43,828 nt of DNA from Candidatus Hodarchaeota archaeon (GTDB lineage Archaea > Asgardarchaeota > Heimdallarchaeia > Hodarchaeales > Hodarchaeaceae). Made by a program: the position numbers and the translations under genes. The notes beneath the pieces are model-generated. The model was not told the origin of the DNA and searched no databases. It saw only the letters and a program-made list of their open reading frames with translations. The stretch spans positions 1 to 43,828 of the forward strand of contig JAEOTC010000194.1 in the NCBI GenBank assembly GCA_016840035.1. Reading direction: 5' to 3'. This document shows positions 1 to 8,799 of the stretch, piece by piece (within the stretch, counting starts at the first letter, position 1; each line of letters starts with the position of its first letter).

Positions 1-909
1 ATTTGGAAAAAATTAGAAGAGTATTACAAAGATAAGAAACCGAAATTTTTAACGAAAATATATTTTGAGTATATGAGGACCTATAAGCTTTCTGGAAAAT
101 TCAAGCAAGCAAAAGAAATGATGGATAGAGTTCTGACACAAATTTCTCCTGATGAGGAAAGTGAAAAAAGAATTACCAAAGTTTTTGTGCATTTGGGCTA
201 TGCAGAAATTTATTTTCTGCAAAATAAAAATGAAGATGCCATCAAAGCTATTGAAACAGTCAGAGCTTTAGTTCGAAACACTGATCCTGTTTCAATCCAA
301 CTCAAAATTTTAGAAGTAGAAGTAGAGATTCTCTGCAGCCAGAACCGATCTGATGAAGCTAGAAAAAAATTGGAAAGTATTCGCAAAACTTGGGAATCCA
401 ATTGGGATAAGGTAAAGTGGTATCGAACTCTTGCACGAATTGAAAAATATGACATGAACTATGGAGCAGCACAAACTGCTTTAAAATCAGCTATTGAAAT
501 AACGAAGGAAATTGGAGCCATAACGTATTCTGATGAATTAGCTCTGACTGAGTTGCTTATTGAAATGTCTAGGATTGGTAATGTTAAGGCATACCAAGAA
601 GCTAAGGAAAGATTATCATTAATTGATTTAGATATCTCAAAGAAAAATTTACCAGTGCTTCATCTTGAAAGCAAGCTCCAGCATGGATACTTAGCTTGGA
701 GTCAATCAAACTTTGAGAAAGCCTACGCAATTTTTGCTGATATTGTGAAAGAAGCTGATAATCACCGATTATTTCGTCAAAAAGCCATAGCTATTAGTTC
801 TTTGAATAAGATCGAAAACCAAGAACAGCACTTAACCGCAATGACTAAGAATAAAGCTGTCTACAGGTATCTAGATGATGCAAGAAGAATCCTAAAGGAG
901 TCTTCGTAA
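1..909 (+). CDS. TPR-repeat helical protein, 5'-truncated by window edge
   Basis: Frame is open from base 1 (IWKKLEEY...) through ATG 73 to TAA 909. Repeated TPR-like helices (LGYAEIYFLQNKNEDAIKAI, LARIEKYDMNYGAAQTAL, GYLAWSQSNFEKAYAIF). Confidence 0.7.
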   Translation: MWKKLEEYYKDKKPKFLTKIYFEYMRTYKLSGKFKQAKEMMDRVLTQISPDEESEKRITKVFVHLGYAEIYFLQNKNEDAIKAIETVRALVRNTDPVSIQLKILEVEVEILCSQNRSDEARKKLESIRKTWESNWDKVKWYRTLARIEKYDMNYGAAQTALKSAIEITKEIGAITYSDELALTELLIEMSRIGNVKAYQEAKERLSLIDLDISKKNLPVLHLESKLQHGYLAWSQSNFEKAYAIFADIVKEADNHRLFRQKAIAISSLNKIENQEQHLTAMTKNKAVYRYLDDARRILKESS

Positions 910-923
910 TATTACTTTGAAAT

Positions 924-1673
924 TTATCGTTTAGATTTTCCCTGATTTGCCACTTTTTGCATTGCTTTTGCTACAATCTCTGGATCTCCCAAGTAATAGT
1001 GTTTTATGGGCGCAAAGTTTTCATCTAGCTCATAAACCAGAGGGATACCAGTTGGAATGTTTAGTTTTAGAATTTCATCATTGGGAACATTATCTAGATA
1101 CTTCACGAGTGCTCGGAGACTATTTCCATGAGCTGCAACAAGAACCCGATTACCAGATTTAATACTTGGTACAATAACATCATGCCAATATGGAAGTACT
1201 CGTGCAACCGTATCCTTTAGGCATTCGGCCCTTGGAATTTCATTTTTTGACAATTTACTATATCTAGGATCTTTACCAGGATATCTATCATCGTCCTCCT
1301 CTAGTTCTGGAGGACGGATATCATAACTACGTCTCCAAATTAAGACTTGTTCATCTCCGTGCTTAGCCGCTGTTTCTGCTTTATTTAACCCTTGTAACGC
1401 TCCATAATGGCGTTCGTTAAGTTTCCAAGACCTTCTAACTGGGATCCACATGAGATCCATCTCTTCTAGCGCTAGCCACAGGGTACGAATTGCTCGTTTG
1501 AGCACACTCGTATACGCAATATCAAATACATACCCTTCATCTCTTAAAACTTGACCTGATGTAGAAGCTTCGTTAATACCTTTTTCTGATAAATCAACAT
1601 CAGTCCAACCTGTAAATTTGTTGATTTTATTCCAGATTGATTCACCATGACGTAAAAATACTACTTTGTACAA
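924..1673 (-). CDS. gpmA: 2,3-bisphosphoglycerate-dependent phosphoglycerate mutase (dPGM)
   Basis: LRHGES phospho-His motif, [48 protein letters not shown] start preceded by GGGTG. Confidence 0.97.
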   Translation of the reverse strand: MYKVVFLRHGESIWNKINKFTGWTDVDLSEKGINEASTSGQVLRDEGYVFDIAYTSVLKRAIRTLWLALEEMDLMWIPVRRSWKLNERHYGALQGLNKAETAAKHGDEQVLIWRRSYDIRPPELEEDDDRYPGKDPRYSKLSKNEIPRAECLKDTVARVLPYWHDVIVPSIKSGNRVLVAAHGNSLRALVKYLDNVPNDEILKLNIPTGIPLVYELDENFAPIKHYYLGDPEIVAKAMQKVANQGKSKR

Positions 1674-1782
1674 AATAAAACACCCAGACGGTTAAATGGA
1701 GTAAATTCTTGAATTACTGAATGTAAGCTGTTTTTTTGAATCTAGATGCTAGATTGTATAGTCCAATCTGATCTAGATCCGA

Positions 1783-2238
1783 TTATCTCGATTTAAGAAT
1801 TGAATAATGAATTTTATTCTTATTAGTTCTTCCTTTTTTTATCAACCCAAGTTCCGTTAACTTGTTTAAGTATACCCGCTCGGTGTTGGTTTTTCGACGA
1901 GTGATTTGGGATATTCGTCCTGCTGTAGCTGGAGTGTTAGCTTTCTTTAAAGCAAAAAATGTTTTTCTTAGAAGTCTTGGAACTGCTGATGTTTCGTCCA
2001 CTAGCGTTTTGAGTTCTTTATGCACAGTTTTTGAAATCTGCACATATTTATCTGAGTTTAACATTAGGTTAATAGCATCTTTTACTGTTAGAGCCGAAGA
2101 ATTTTGTTTCCAGCGTTTTTTAATTTCTTTTACTAGCATTGCCTGCGGCACTTTGCTATTCTTCAGAACTTCAGAAGCTCCAGGGGTAATCTGAATTTTA
2201 AGTCTTTCAAGTTCAGATAAAAGATCAGGTTTTGACAT
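1783..2238 (-). CDS. Hypothetical protein with C-terminal winged-helix DNA-binding domain
   Basis: C-terminal TAGRISQITRRKTNTERVYLNKLTELGLIKK fits a wHTH. Start taken at ATG 2238 (MSKPD); the ORF track start is 2289. Confidence 0.6.
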   Translation of the reverse strand: MSKPDLLSELERLKIQITPGASEVLKNSKVPQAMLVKEIKKRWKQNSSALTVKDAINLMLNSDKYVQISKTVHKELKTLVDETSAVPRLLRKTFFALKKANTPATAGRISQITRRKTNTERVYLNKLTELGLIKKGRTNKNKIHYSILKSR

Positions 2239-2375
2239 CGAGACACTTCGGTGAATATCTTTACACTTACAGCTGATATAAAGATGCATTATTCTGTTAA
2301 TAAGTCAATCCTAGGATAGAAAAGAAATGTTTTGAAGTAAATTTGTCTCAATTATTCACTGGTTTGGTTAGGTTT

Positions 2376-3389
2376 TCACTCTCTTTTTGGTTTGAAATTA
2401 CTGATAAGTCGTTTTTCCCCTTGAATCTCACGCAATCGCGTGACATCTTGAATTCTTTCCAATGTGCCTAAATACGTACCATTTCCATCACGAATCGCGT
2501 GATATTGAAGATAGATGAACTTTCCTTGATAATTAATCCAAAATTCTTCCTCATCTCGCTTGTTTTGTTTGAAATCATCTAAAATTTGATTCACATGTCT
2601 GATACTTTTAGGTGGATGACAATGATTGACATCCCTCCCTAAGTTGGCAAGTGTTCTTCGAAAAATGGGAGTTCTTATGGGTGAAAAGTAGATTAATTTA
2701 TTGTCAGCATCAATAAATGACAGTTGTATCGGTAAATTCTCCATTATATTCTCAAATAGACCTTGTTGTATTCTTCCTGTGGAGAAATTGATTATTTGAG
2801 CGGACTGTTTATCTATGAAGTCTGATTCCAAAAATGATTTCTGTTCTGACGGATCTGGTACAATGATACAATATCCAAACCCGTCACTGAGTGATGCAAT
2901 TTGCATCCAATCCTCTTCTGATAATTTTTCAAGAGCAATCGGGAATATTTCATCTTCTTCTTTTTTGATGATCCAAGGAATTGTTTGTAAAATAGGTTTT
3001 ATTGTGTTTTCTATTGTTTTGGGAAATATTAAATGAGCAGAAAATAGATCCTCGATTTTAAGCAATCGGGTGCGAATATTATCAATATTCTTTCGAATCA
3101 ATACAAGAGGTTTATGAATTCCCTTGTCATATAAGATGGGGAATAATAATTCTTCTTGTCTCAAGTAATGTTTCTCAATGTCCAATATTAGATTGTATTT
3201 TGCACGCAATTCAAGTTTTAACTCCTCATCCTGATCTTGCTTGACTGTTTTAAGTAGAAATTTGAATTGCTCTAGTAAAGATTCGATAGCGCGATTTTCT
3301 TTCATTAAAATAGACAATGGATGGCCAGGAGGAAGTTCCTTTAGCTTAAATGGTACGAGCATGCCGCTGGTTGGCTTAGCGTTTTTCAA
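2376..3389 (-). CDS. Hemerythrin-like + PAS domain protein (DUF438-family-like)
   Basis: GHPL...EN and HYLRQEELLFP (hemerythrin-like), then LSFIDADNKLIYFS, GRDVNHCHPPKS and EFWINYQGKFIYLQY (PAS_10-type). Start uncertain (TTG 3389 or ATG 3362). Confidence 0.8.
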   Translation of the reverse strand: MKNAKPTSGMLVPFKLKELPPGHPLSILMKENRAIESLLEQFKFLLKTVKQDQDEELKLELRAKYNLILDIEKHYLRQEELLFPILYDKGIHKPLVLIRKNIDNIRTRLLKIEDLFSAHLIFPKTIENTIKPILQTIPWIIKKEEDEIFPIALEKLSEEDWMQIASLSDGFGYCIIVPDPSEQKSFLESDFIDKQSAQIINFSTGRIQQGLFENIMENLPIQLSFIDADNKLIYFSPIRTPIFRRTLANLGRDVNHCHPPKSIRHVNQILDDFKQNKRDEEEFWINYQGKFIYLQYHAIRDGNGTYLGTLERIQDVTRLREIQGEKRLISNFKPKRE

Positions 3390-3653
3390 TGTTAGTCATT
3401 CCCTTTATTTCCCCCCATTTAACATTCATTAAGATACTTAGAATATTTCCTTAAGAATTTCTTTCTGAAAAGCGCACTTCAACAATCCATACTCTCTTAG
3501 ATAAAAATCAATATCTTTACATAGTATTCCATTACAGGCAAATTACATGATTCAGTTTGTCTGACAACAACAAAAAAATGTCCCTCTCACCTTTGAAAAA
3601 CCAGTCGCTAGGCGTCGTTTTCGTCATTTTCACCGTTCTCTCTCTGATACAAG

Positions 3654-3660
3654 TTTATAA
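3654..3660 (+). promoter_or_regulatory. Putative archaeal TATA box for tnpB
   Basis: TTTATAA ends 28 nt upstream of ATG 3688, a spacing consistent with a near-leaderless archaeal transcript. Confidence 0.35.
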
Positions 3661-3687
3661 GGCGGAAGAACCCTCAGAAAGCTGGGA

Positions 3688-4941
3688 ATGCGAAAAACTA
3701 TACCAGCTCAACCACAACTAACGATCCGCATGCAGATGACGCCGCGGCCTATCTTCACAGATCTTTGTATCTGTGCCAAGAATTTGTATAATCGCGCGAC
3801 CTTTGAGGTCCGACAGGAATTCTTTAACACCGGGAAATGGATTCAATACACCGTCCTTTATCATCGGCTCAAACAGGAACCCGTGTACCTTGCACTTAAA
3901 GAACTTCCAGATAGTTATTTGCCACAACAGGTTCTCCGGCAAATTGAACAGACCTGGTGAAGCTACTTCGCCGCAATAAGAGCCTGGAAAAAAAAGCCCA
4001 CGAAGTTTCGCGCCCGTCCACATCTTCCACGATATAAACCAAAAAATAGCCTGCATATGCTCAATTTTCCACGGCCACGAGTGCGAATTCGAAATAATGT
4101 CATTTTATTTGCTAAAAATCTCATGGCGCGTGGATTTCCCGCCTTTCCTGTGGGAACGCTTCCCGTAACGGCCAACACATGTGTAGGAGCACGCTTGCTT
4201 CCTTATTATGATCGATTTGTGATAGAAATCCTATATGAGGTGCAGGTGAGGCCCATTCTGGTTTCTAAAAAACCTTCTCGTACGCTGGGTATTGATCTAG
4301 GGATTTCCAATCTCGTAGCTACGTCAGACGGAGTTCTCGTCAAAGGCGGGGTTGTAAAAACCATCAATCAATGGTATAATAAGCGCTTAGCCCATTATCG
4401 GTCTTTAGCTGCTACCTGTAATTCCTCAGTAATCACTCCTCGAATCCTTCGATTACATCGTAAACGAATGAATAAACTGTACGACTTCTTTCATCAGACC
4501 TCCCGCCGTCTGATTTCCCATTGCATGGCTCAAAATATCGACACCCTTGTTATTGGTTATATACCAAGGTGGAAACAACACTGCAACCTCGGTAAACAGA
4601 CAAACCAAGCATTTGTCCAGCTACCCTTCGCTAAGCTCATTCAAATGCTTGAATATAAAGCTAAACTCGTTGGAATAACAGTTATATGTGTAAATGAATC
4701 GTATACCTCCCAAAAGTGTAACAAATGTGGGCATACGGAGAAAAACAATCGGGTTTCTCGGGGTGTGTTTATTTGCCAGAAGTGTGGAGTGCATCTCAAT
4801 GCTGATATCAATGCGGCGTGTAATATTTGCGCTCGCTCTCAAATTCTCTCTCAAGTAGTCCCAATGGATAGTAATAGGGCTGTTCCTACTATCCTGTCGG
4901 ATAGTGGATGTGTGACTCATCCTTTCCAGAATTCTTTTTAA
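3688..4941 (+). pseudogene. tnpB: RNA-guided endonuclease TnpB, 417 codons interrupted by one in-frame TGA at 3958-3960
   Basis: ORFs 3688-3960 and 4057-4941 share a frame, and the sequence between them reads SYFAAIRAWKKKPTKFRARPHLPRYKPK without a stop. Motifs: KNLYN, PRYK, RuvC-I LGIDLG, LVIG, ESYTS, Zn finger CNKC/CQKC, RuvC-III NADINAA. Confidence 0.92.
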
Positions 4942-4954
4942 AGAGTTGTCTGAC
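4866..4954 (+). ncRNA. Putative omegaRNA (reRNA) scaffold overlapping the tnpB 3' end
   Basis: Inverted repeats GGATAGTA(4866-73)/TACTATCC(4887-94), the alternative ACTATCC(4888-94)/GGATAGT(4899-4905), and GGATG(4906-10)/CATCC(4918-22). Position matches known TnpB omegaRNAs. The 5' limit is unknown. Confidence 0.5.
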
Positions 4955-5035
4955 TAATACAGTCATAACCAGTTTTTATCCTATGTAAGCATTTTTTTCA
5001 TACTCCCAGAATTCCTTTAGATAAGGTAAATCTCA

Positions 5036-5545
5036 ATGATTCCGTTTAGAGAATATAAAAAAGATTGTATGTTCAGGAACAACAATCTTTGTTCCTATTG
5101 GAAAAAATCTACAGAATGTCATTTACTTTCGTGCCCGTTTTACTCAAAACATACCTCCATTACGAAGAAAAGTGCATTAAAAAAGCGGGTGAAAGATACA
5201 GTTATTTTTTCCCCTGATGATTTAGATACAGAAGGTAAATCTGTCCAAGATATTATAGGAAAATCTCGAGAAGAAAGGGGAGATTCTGAGAATAAAGAAC
5301 ATAATAAACCTCAACATTCTCTTGTGACGGAAAAGTTAGTTTCTCGTCTAACATGCATAGCATGCGGTGAACAGATTTTTGACGATAAATTTACAACAAT
5401 TAGAGATCCGAAGGGAGTTGTAATCTATCTTCATTCAAAGGGAAAATGCGATGTAAGGCATGAGGGTATGTCGATCGTCCGAAAGAGATGGTTAAAAATG
5501 CATGATTATGCAAAAAACCTCTCTGAAACAGAAGATTCACAATAG
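5036..5545 (+). CDS. Hypothetical protein with two predicted Zn-binding Cys/His clusters
   Basis: N-terminal C-x7-C-x8-C-x4-C and C-terminal C-x2-C-x22-H-x4-C, separated by a charged linker. Confidence 0.6.
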   Translation: MIPFREYKKDCMFRNNNLCSYWKKSTECHLLSCPFYSKHTSITKKSALKKRVKDTVIFSPDDLDTEGKSVQDIIGKSREERGDSENKEHNKPQHSLVTEKLVSRLTCIACGEQIFDDKFTTIRDPKGVVIYLHSKGKCDVRHEGMSIVRKRWLKMHDYAKNLSETEDSQ

Positions 5546-5587
5546 AATTAAATAGTATATTCATAAAAAGGTAAAGGATAACACAAA

Positions 5588-7204
5588 ATGGCTGTAAAAT
5601 ACTGGAGACGCCCTACTGCGGGAAGATCTGCAGTTCACACAAAAAATGGTTTAGTTGCCTCATCTCAACCATTAGCTTCTTCCGCAGGAGTTCAAATGCT
5701 TAAAGCAGGTGGAAATGCCTGTGATGCCGTTGTTGCTATGGCTGCGGTACTTAATGTTGTTGAACCATTTTCAACAGGAATTGGAGGCGATGCATTCGCT
5801 CTACTTTCTATACCTGGAGAGAGGACTCCAATTGCAATAAATGGATCGGGATTCTCACCGAGAAATCTAACTTATGATTACCTTGCTGTAGAGGAGAAAT
5901 TGACTAGTATACCACTCACTGGTATCCTACCTATAACAATTCCAGGGGCTGTAAGTGCATGGGGGATGATCCACGAGAAATTTGGAAAATTATCATGGGA
6001 AGAAGTCCTTACCCCTGCAATCAACTATGCGATTGATGGGTATCCTGTAAGCCCTGTTATTTCTCAGGTGTGGGATGTATTAGTTTCCAAACTCAAACTC
6101 CATGAAGGGGCAAAAGAAAATTATTTAATTGATAAAGAAAGAGCGCCAATGCCAGGAGAGATTTTCAAACAAGATTCTTTGGGAAAAACCTTCCAACTAT
6201 TGGCTAAACGAGGATACAGGGACTTTTACGAGGGTGAACTTGCGAATCGAATTTTAGGATTCTTAAACAACGAGGGAAGTGCTATTAATGCCCAAGATCT
6301 ATCTGCTTATTCCGCTGAGTGGACAGAACCAATTTCTAAAGTAATTTATGACCATCGATTATGGGAACATGGACCAAATGGTCAAGGGTTAGTCACACTA
6401 CAAATTCTAGCAATAGCTGAAGAACTAGATATTGCACGTTATCCGCTTAATTCCGCTGAGTATTTACATATTTTAATTGAAGCAAAGAAACTGGCCTTTT
6501 CTGATGCTTTTAGCTATTTAGCTGACATTAACCATATGAAAGTTGATGTAAATGCTTTTCTATCCGATAAGTATGCACAAACTAGAGCTAGTCAAATAAA
6601 TCCCAATAGGGCTTTAGAAAAACTACCTTTTGCACTAGATATGGGAGAGGACACAGTTTACTTGACGGCAATAGATAAGAGTGGTTTTGCTATCTCTTTT
6701 ATTAATTCACTTTACTATGGTTTCGGATCAGGTGTTGTTGACCCAAAAACAGGAATTGCTTTTCAAAATCGTGGAGCTGGATTCACACTAGAAAAAGGGC
6801 ATCCTAATCAATATAAACCACGCAAAAGACCTTACCATACAATTATTCCGGCAATGATTACTGAAACTTCATCTAATCGGCTTTTACACTCTTTTGGTGT
6901 TATGGGAGGACATCATCAGCCCATAGGGCAATCACAAGTATTTCTAAATCTAGTTCTTCATAACATGGATGCTCAACATGCCATTGATTCCCCTCGTTTC
7001 CACCATGATCAACTTTCCAATACTGTGGCATTTGAAGAACCCATATCCCTTCAAGTAAGAGCCCAATTACACCGTTTAGGACATAATGTGAAAGATTCTG
7101 TAGATGCAAACTTTGGAGGAGGTCAAATCATCTCAGTTACAGAGAACGGGTCTTTTATTGGAGGTTCTGATCCCCGAAAAGATGGTCAAGCTCAAGGTTT
7201 CTAA
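5588..7204 (+). CDS. ggt: Gamma-glutamyltranspeptidase family protein (YwrD-like)
   Basis: GGNACDA, VVEPFSTGIGGDAF, autoprocessing nucleophile DTVYL, QNRGAGF, KRPYHTIIP, GVMGG, DPRKDG. Confidence 0.95.
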   Translation: MAVKYWRRPTAGRSAVHTKNGLVASSQPLASSAGVQMLKAGGNACDAVVAMAAVLNVVEPFSTGIGGDAFALLSIPGERTPIAINGSGFSPRNLTYDYLAVEEKLTSIPLTGILPITIPGAVSAWGMIHEKFGKLSWEEVLTPAINYAIDGYPVSPVISQVWDVLVSKLKLHEGAKENYLIDKERAPMPGEIFKQDSLGKTFQLLAKRGYRDFYEGELANRILGFLNNEGSAINAQDLSAYSAEWTEPISKVIYDHRLWEHGPNGQGLVTLQILAIAEELDIARYPLNSAEYLHILIEAKKLAFSDAFSYLADINHMKVDVNAFLSDKYAQTRASQINPNRALEKLPFALDMGEDTVYLTAIDKSGFAISFINSLYYGFGSGVVDPKTGIAFQNRGAGFTLEKGHPNQYKPRKRPYHTIIPAMITETSSNRLLHSFGVMGGHHQPIGQSQVFLNLVLHNMDAQHAIDSPRFHHDQLSNTVAFEEPISLQVRAQLHRLGHNVKDSVDANFGGGQIISVTENGSFIGGSDPRKDGQAQGF

Positions 7205-7365
7205 TATACATTCATTTTTGATTATTCAGAGGGAATAACTATTATTATCATAGCTAATACTTAAATGAAAATGAGCTCACAATTCGCTAACCAATTCTCA
7301 TAGGTGAAACTTTAGGTTGTTTTCATTCCTGCAGATCGAATCTCTCTATTGGAACATGGATTTAG

Positions 7366-8580
7366 ATGGATAGTAATCAAATACGGAAATTATTACGAGA
7401 AGCAAGTTTTCATTCATACTCTTGGTCAACTGACGATTTAACTGCTAGATTAGCACAAGAAGTCATGAATATTGGTATGGCTAAGATTATAAGTTTCTAT
7501 AAAGAATGTGGAATCGACCCAAATGATGCTTTAGTTATTTTTGGACCAGACGGAAGCATAACTAGGAATAAACCTAGATTTGATTCAGGAGTGGGCTATG
7601 GTTGTTCTGTAATCACGAAAGAATATCTTTTCCCAAGTCTTCTCCATCCTAATGGTTGTGGATTCGGTTTATACCATGTAAAAGACATGCCATCAATTTC
7701 TAAGTTGATGACACGACTCCAAACTCTGAAAAAGGATGGAGTTCCTGTAGGAGAGCAAACAGGGAAGTGGGACGTATGGAAATCCAATCATTTTATTGAC
7801 TTACTTCAATTAGAGGGCTTAATACCTGAATATTCTCATTACGAAAAATATCTTCCTCAAGGAGATTATGTTCTTATTCACTCCTCACAGCAGATTGAGA
7901 AGAAAATGCTTAGTTACTGGAAAAAAGAGGAATTTCACAGAGTTACAACTCCATTTGGACAGATAGAAGGCTTACCTCGGAAATCAGCTGGTGATTACTT
8001 AAACTATTTCATATCAGTAGAAAAATATTCCCAAAAAAAGCGGACATCAATTGCTGAGATTCTTTTTGGTAAAGATAATATCGTTTGTGTTTCCAATTCC
8101 ACACATCAGGGGTATTTTCAGGAGAATGACCTTTTCAATATGCGATTAGGATTATATAACTCTCTAGATACAACTGGTGATTTCTCCTTACCAATATTCC
8201 CAATCGGGTTTAATGGATATTCGTTCATATACTTATATGAAGGTATGCCTAATATAAACCATGATTTTCTGACTGGGAGTCAATTGAAGCAGGCTGAAGA
8301 AAAGGGTCACACATCAATCCTAAATAAGATCAATATCCTCCCACACGGTGGTGGATACAAACTCCTCTATCCATTTATTGAGGTTAAAACGCTAATTCAT
8401 AACGATGAATATTATTTTGAGATGTCCCAAGCTCCAATGCAAAGTCGTATGATCATACAAAATGTTGAGTCTCTTGAATATGGATATCGTGGGCCATCTG
8501 AAGTTCTACCGATTGTCGAAAATTTAAATATGGGGAAGAAAGTTGCTAGATTTACCCCAGTTCAAGTAATAAAATACTAA
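7366..8580 (+). CDS. Divergent RtcB-fold protein (RNA ligase-like)
   Basis: RtcB-like motifs in the expected order: GPD, NGCG, SNHF, LIHS, THQ, LPHGGG, YGYR and C-terminal PVQVIK. Confidence 0.65.
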   Translation: MDSNQIRKLLREASFHSYSWSTDDLTARLAQEVMNIGMAKIISFYKECGIDPNDALVIFGPDGSITRNKPRFDSGVGYGCSVITKEYLFPSLLHPNGCGFGLYHVKDMPSISKLMTRLQTLKKDGVPVGEQTGKWDVWKSNHFIDLLQLEGLIPEYSHYEKYLPQGDYVLIHSSQQIEKKMLSYWKKEEFHRVTTPFGQIEGLPRKSAGDYLNYFISVEKYSQKKRTSIAEILFGKDNIVCVSNSTHQGYFQENDLFNMRLGLYNSLDTTGDFSLPIFPIGFNGYSFIYLYEGMPNINHDFLTGSQLKQAEEKGHTSILNKINILPHGGGYKLLYPFIEVKTLIHNDEYYFEMSQAPMQSRMIIQNVESLEYGYRGPSEVLPIVENLNMGKKVARFTPVQVIKY

Positions 8581-8799
8581 GTTACACGGTACCTTTATTT
8601 TCTTAATTTTTCTTCGGAAGAAGTCATTTTTTCATATTTCTTGTTCATCAGACTGTATAAATATTATCTTTGAGGAATTTAGCTATCAGATTTCTTTCTA
8701 ATATCATTTTGAAGAAGCTTCACTAAGAATTTCAACATTTCAAATAATATCTCAATATGTGGTAAGTTTTTTTAATCCTGAAACCTTTACTGACCTAAC

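Larger units (their letters stand above)
3557..4954 (+). mobile_element. Solo tnpB element (IS200/IS605 family, IS1341-like, no tnpA)
   Basis: The tnpB frame is visibly more GC-rich than its flanks. TTGTCTGAC occurs at 3557-3565 and 4946-4954, and hairpins lie at the 3' end. Boundaries are inferred. Confidence 0.7.

Noticed and set aside
3594-3632. Left-end subterminal hairpin of the IS element (GAAAA...CGC-TAG-GCG...TTTTC)
   Set aside because: The stem is too short and imperfect to call without homologous copies.
3958-3960. Selenocysteine recoding of the tnpB TGA
   Set aside because: The position is not a Cys site in TnpB, and I saw no convincing SECIS-like element.
3718-4920. Alternative-frame and antisense ORFs inside tnpB as a possible tnpA
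   Set aside because: No HUH/Y1 or serine-recombinase motifs. They are shadow ORFs of a GC-richer region.
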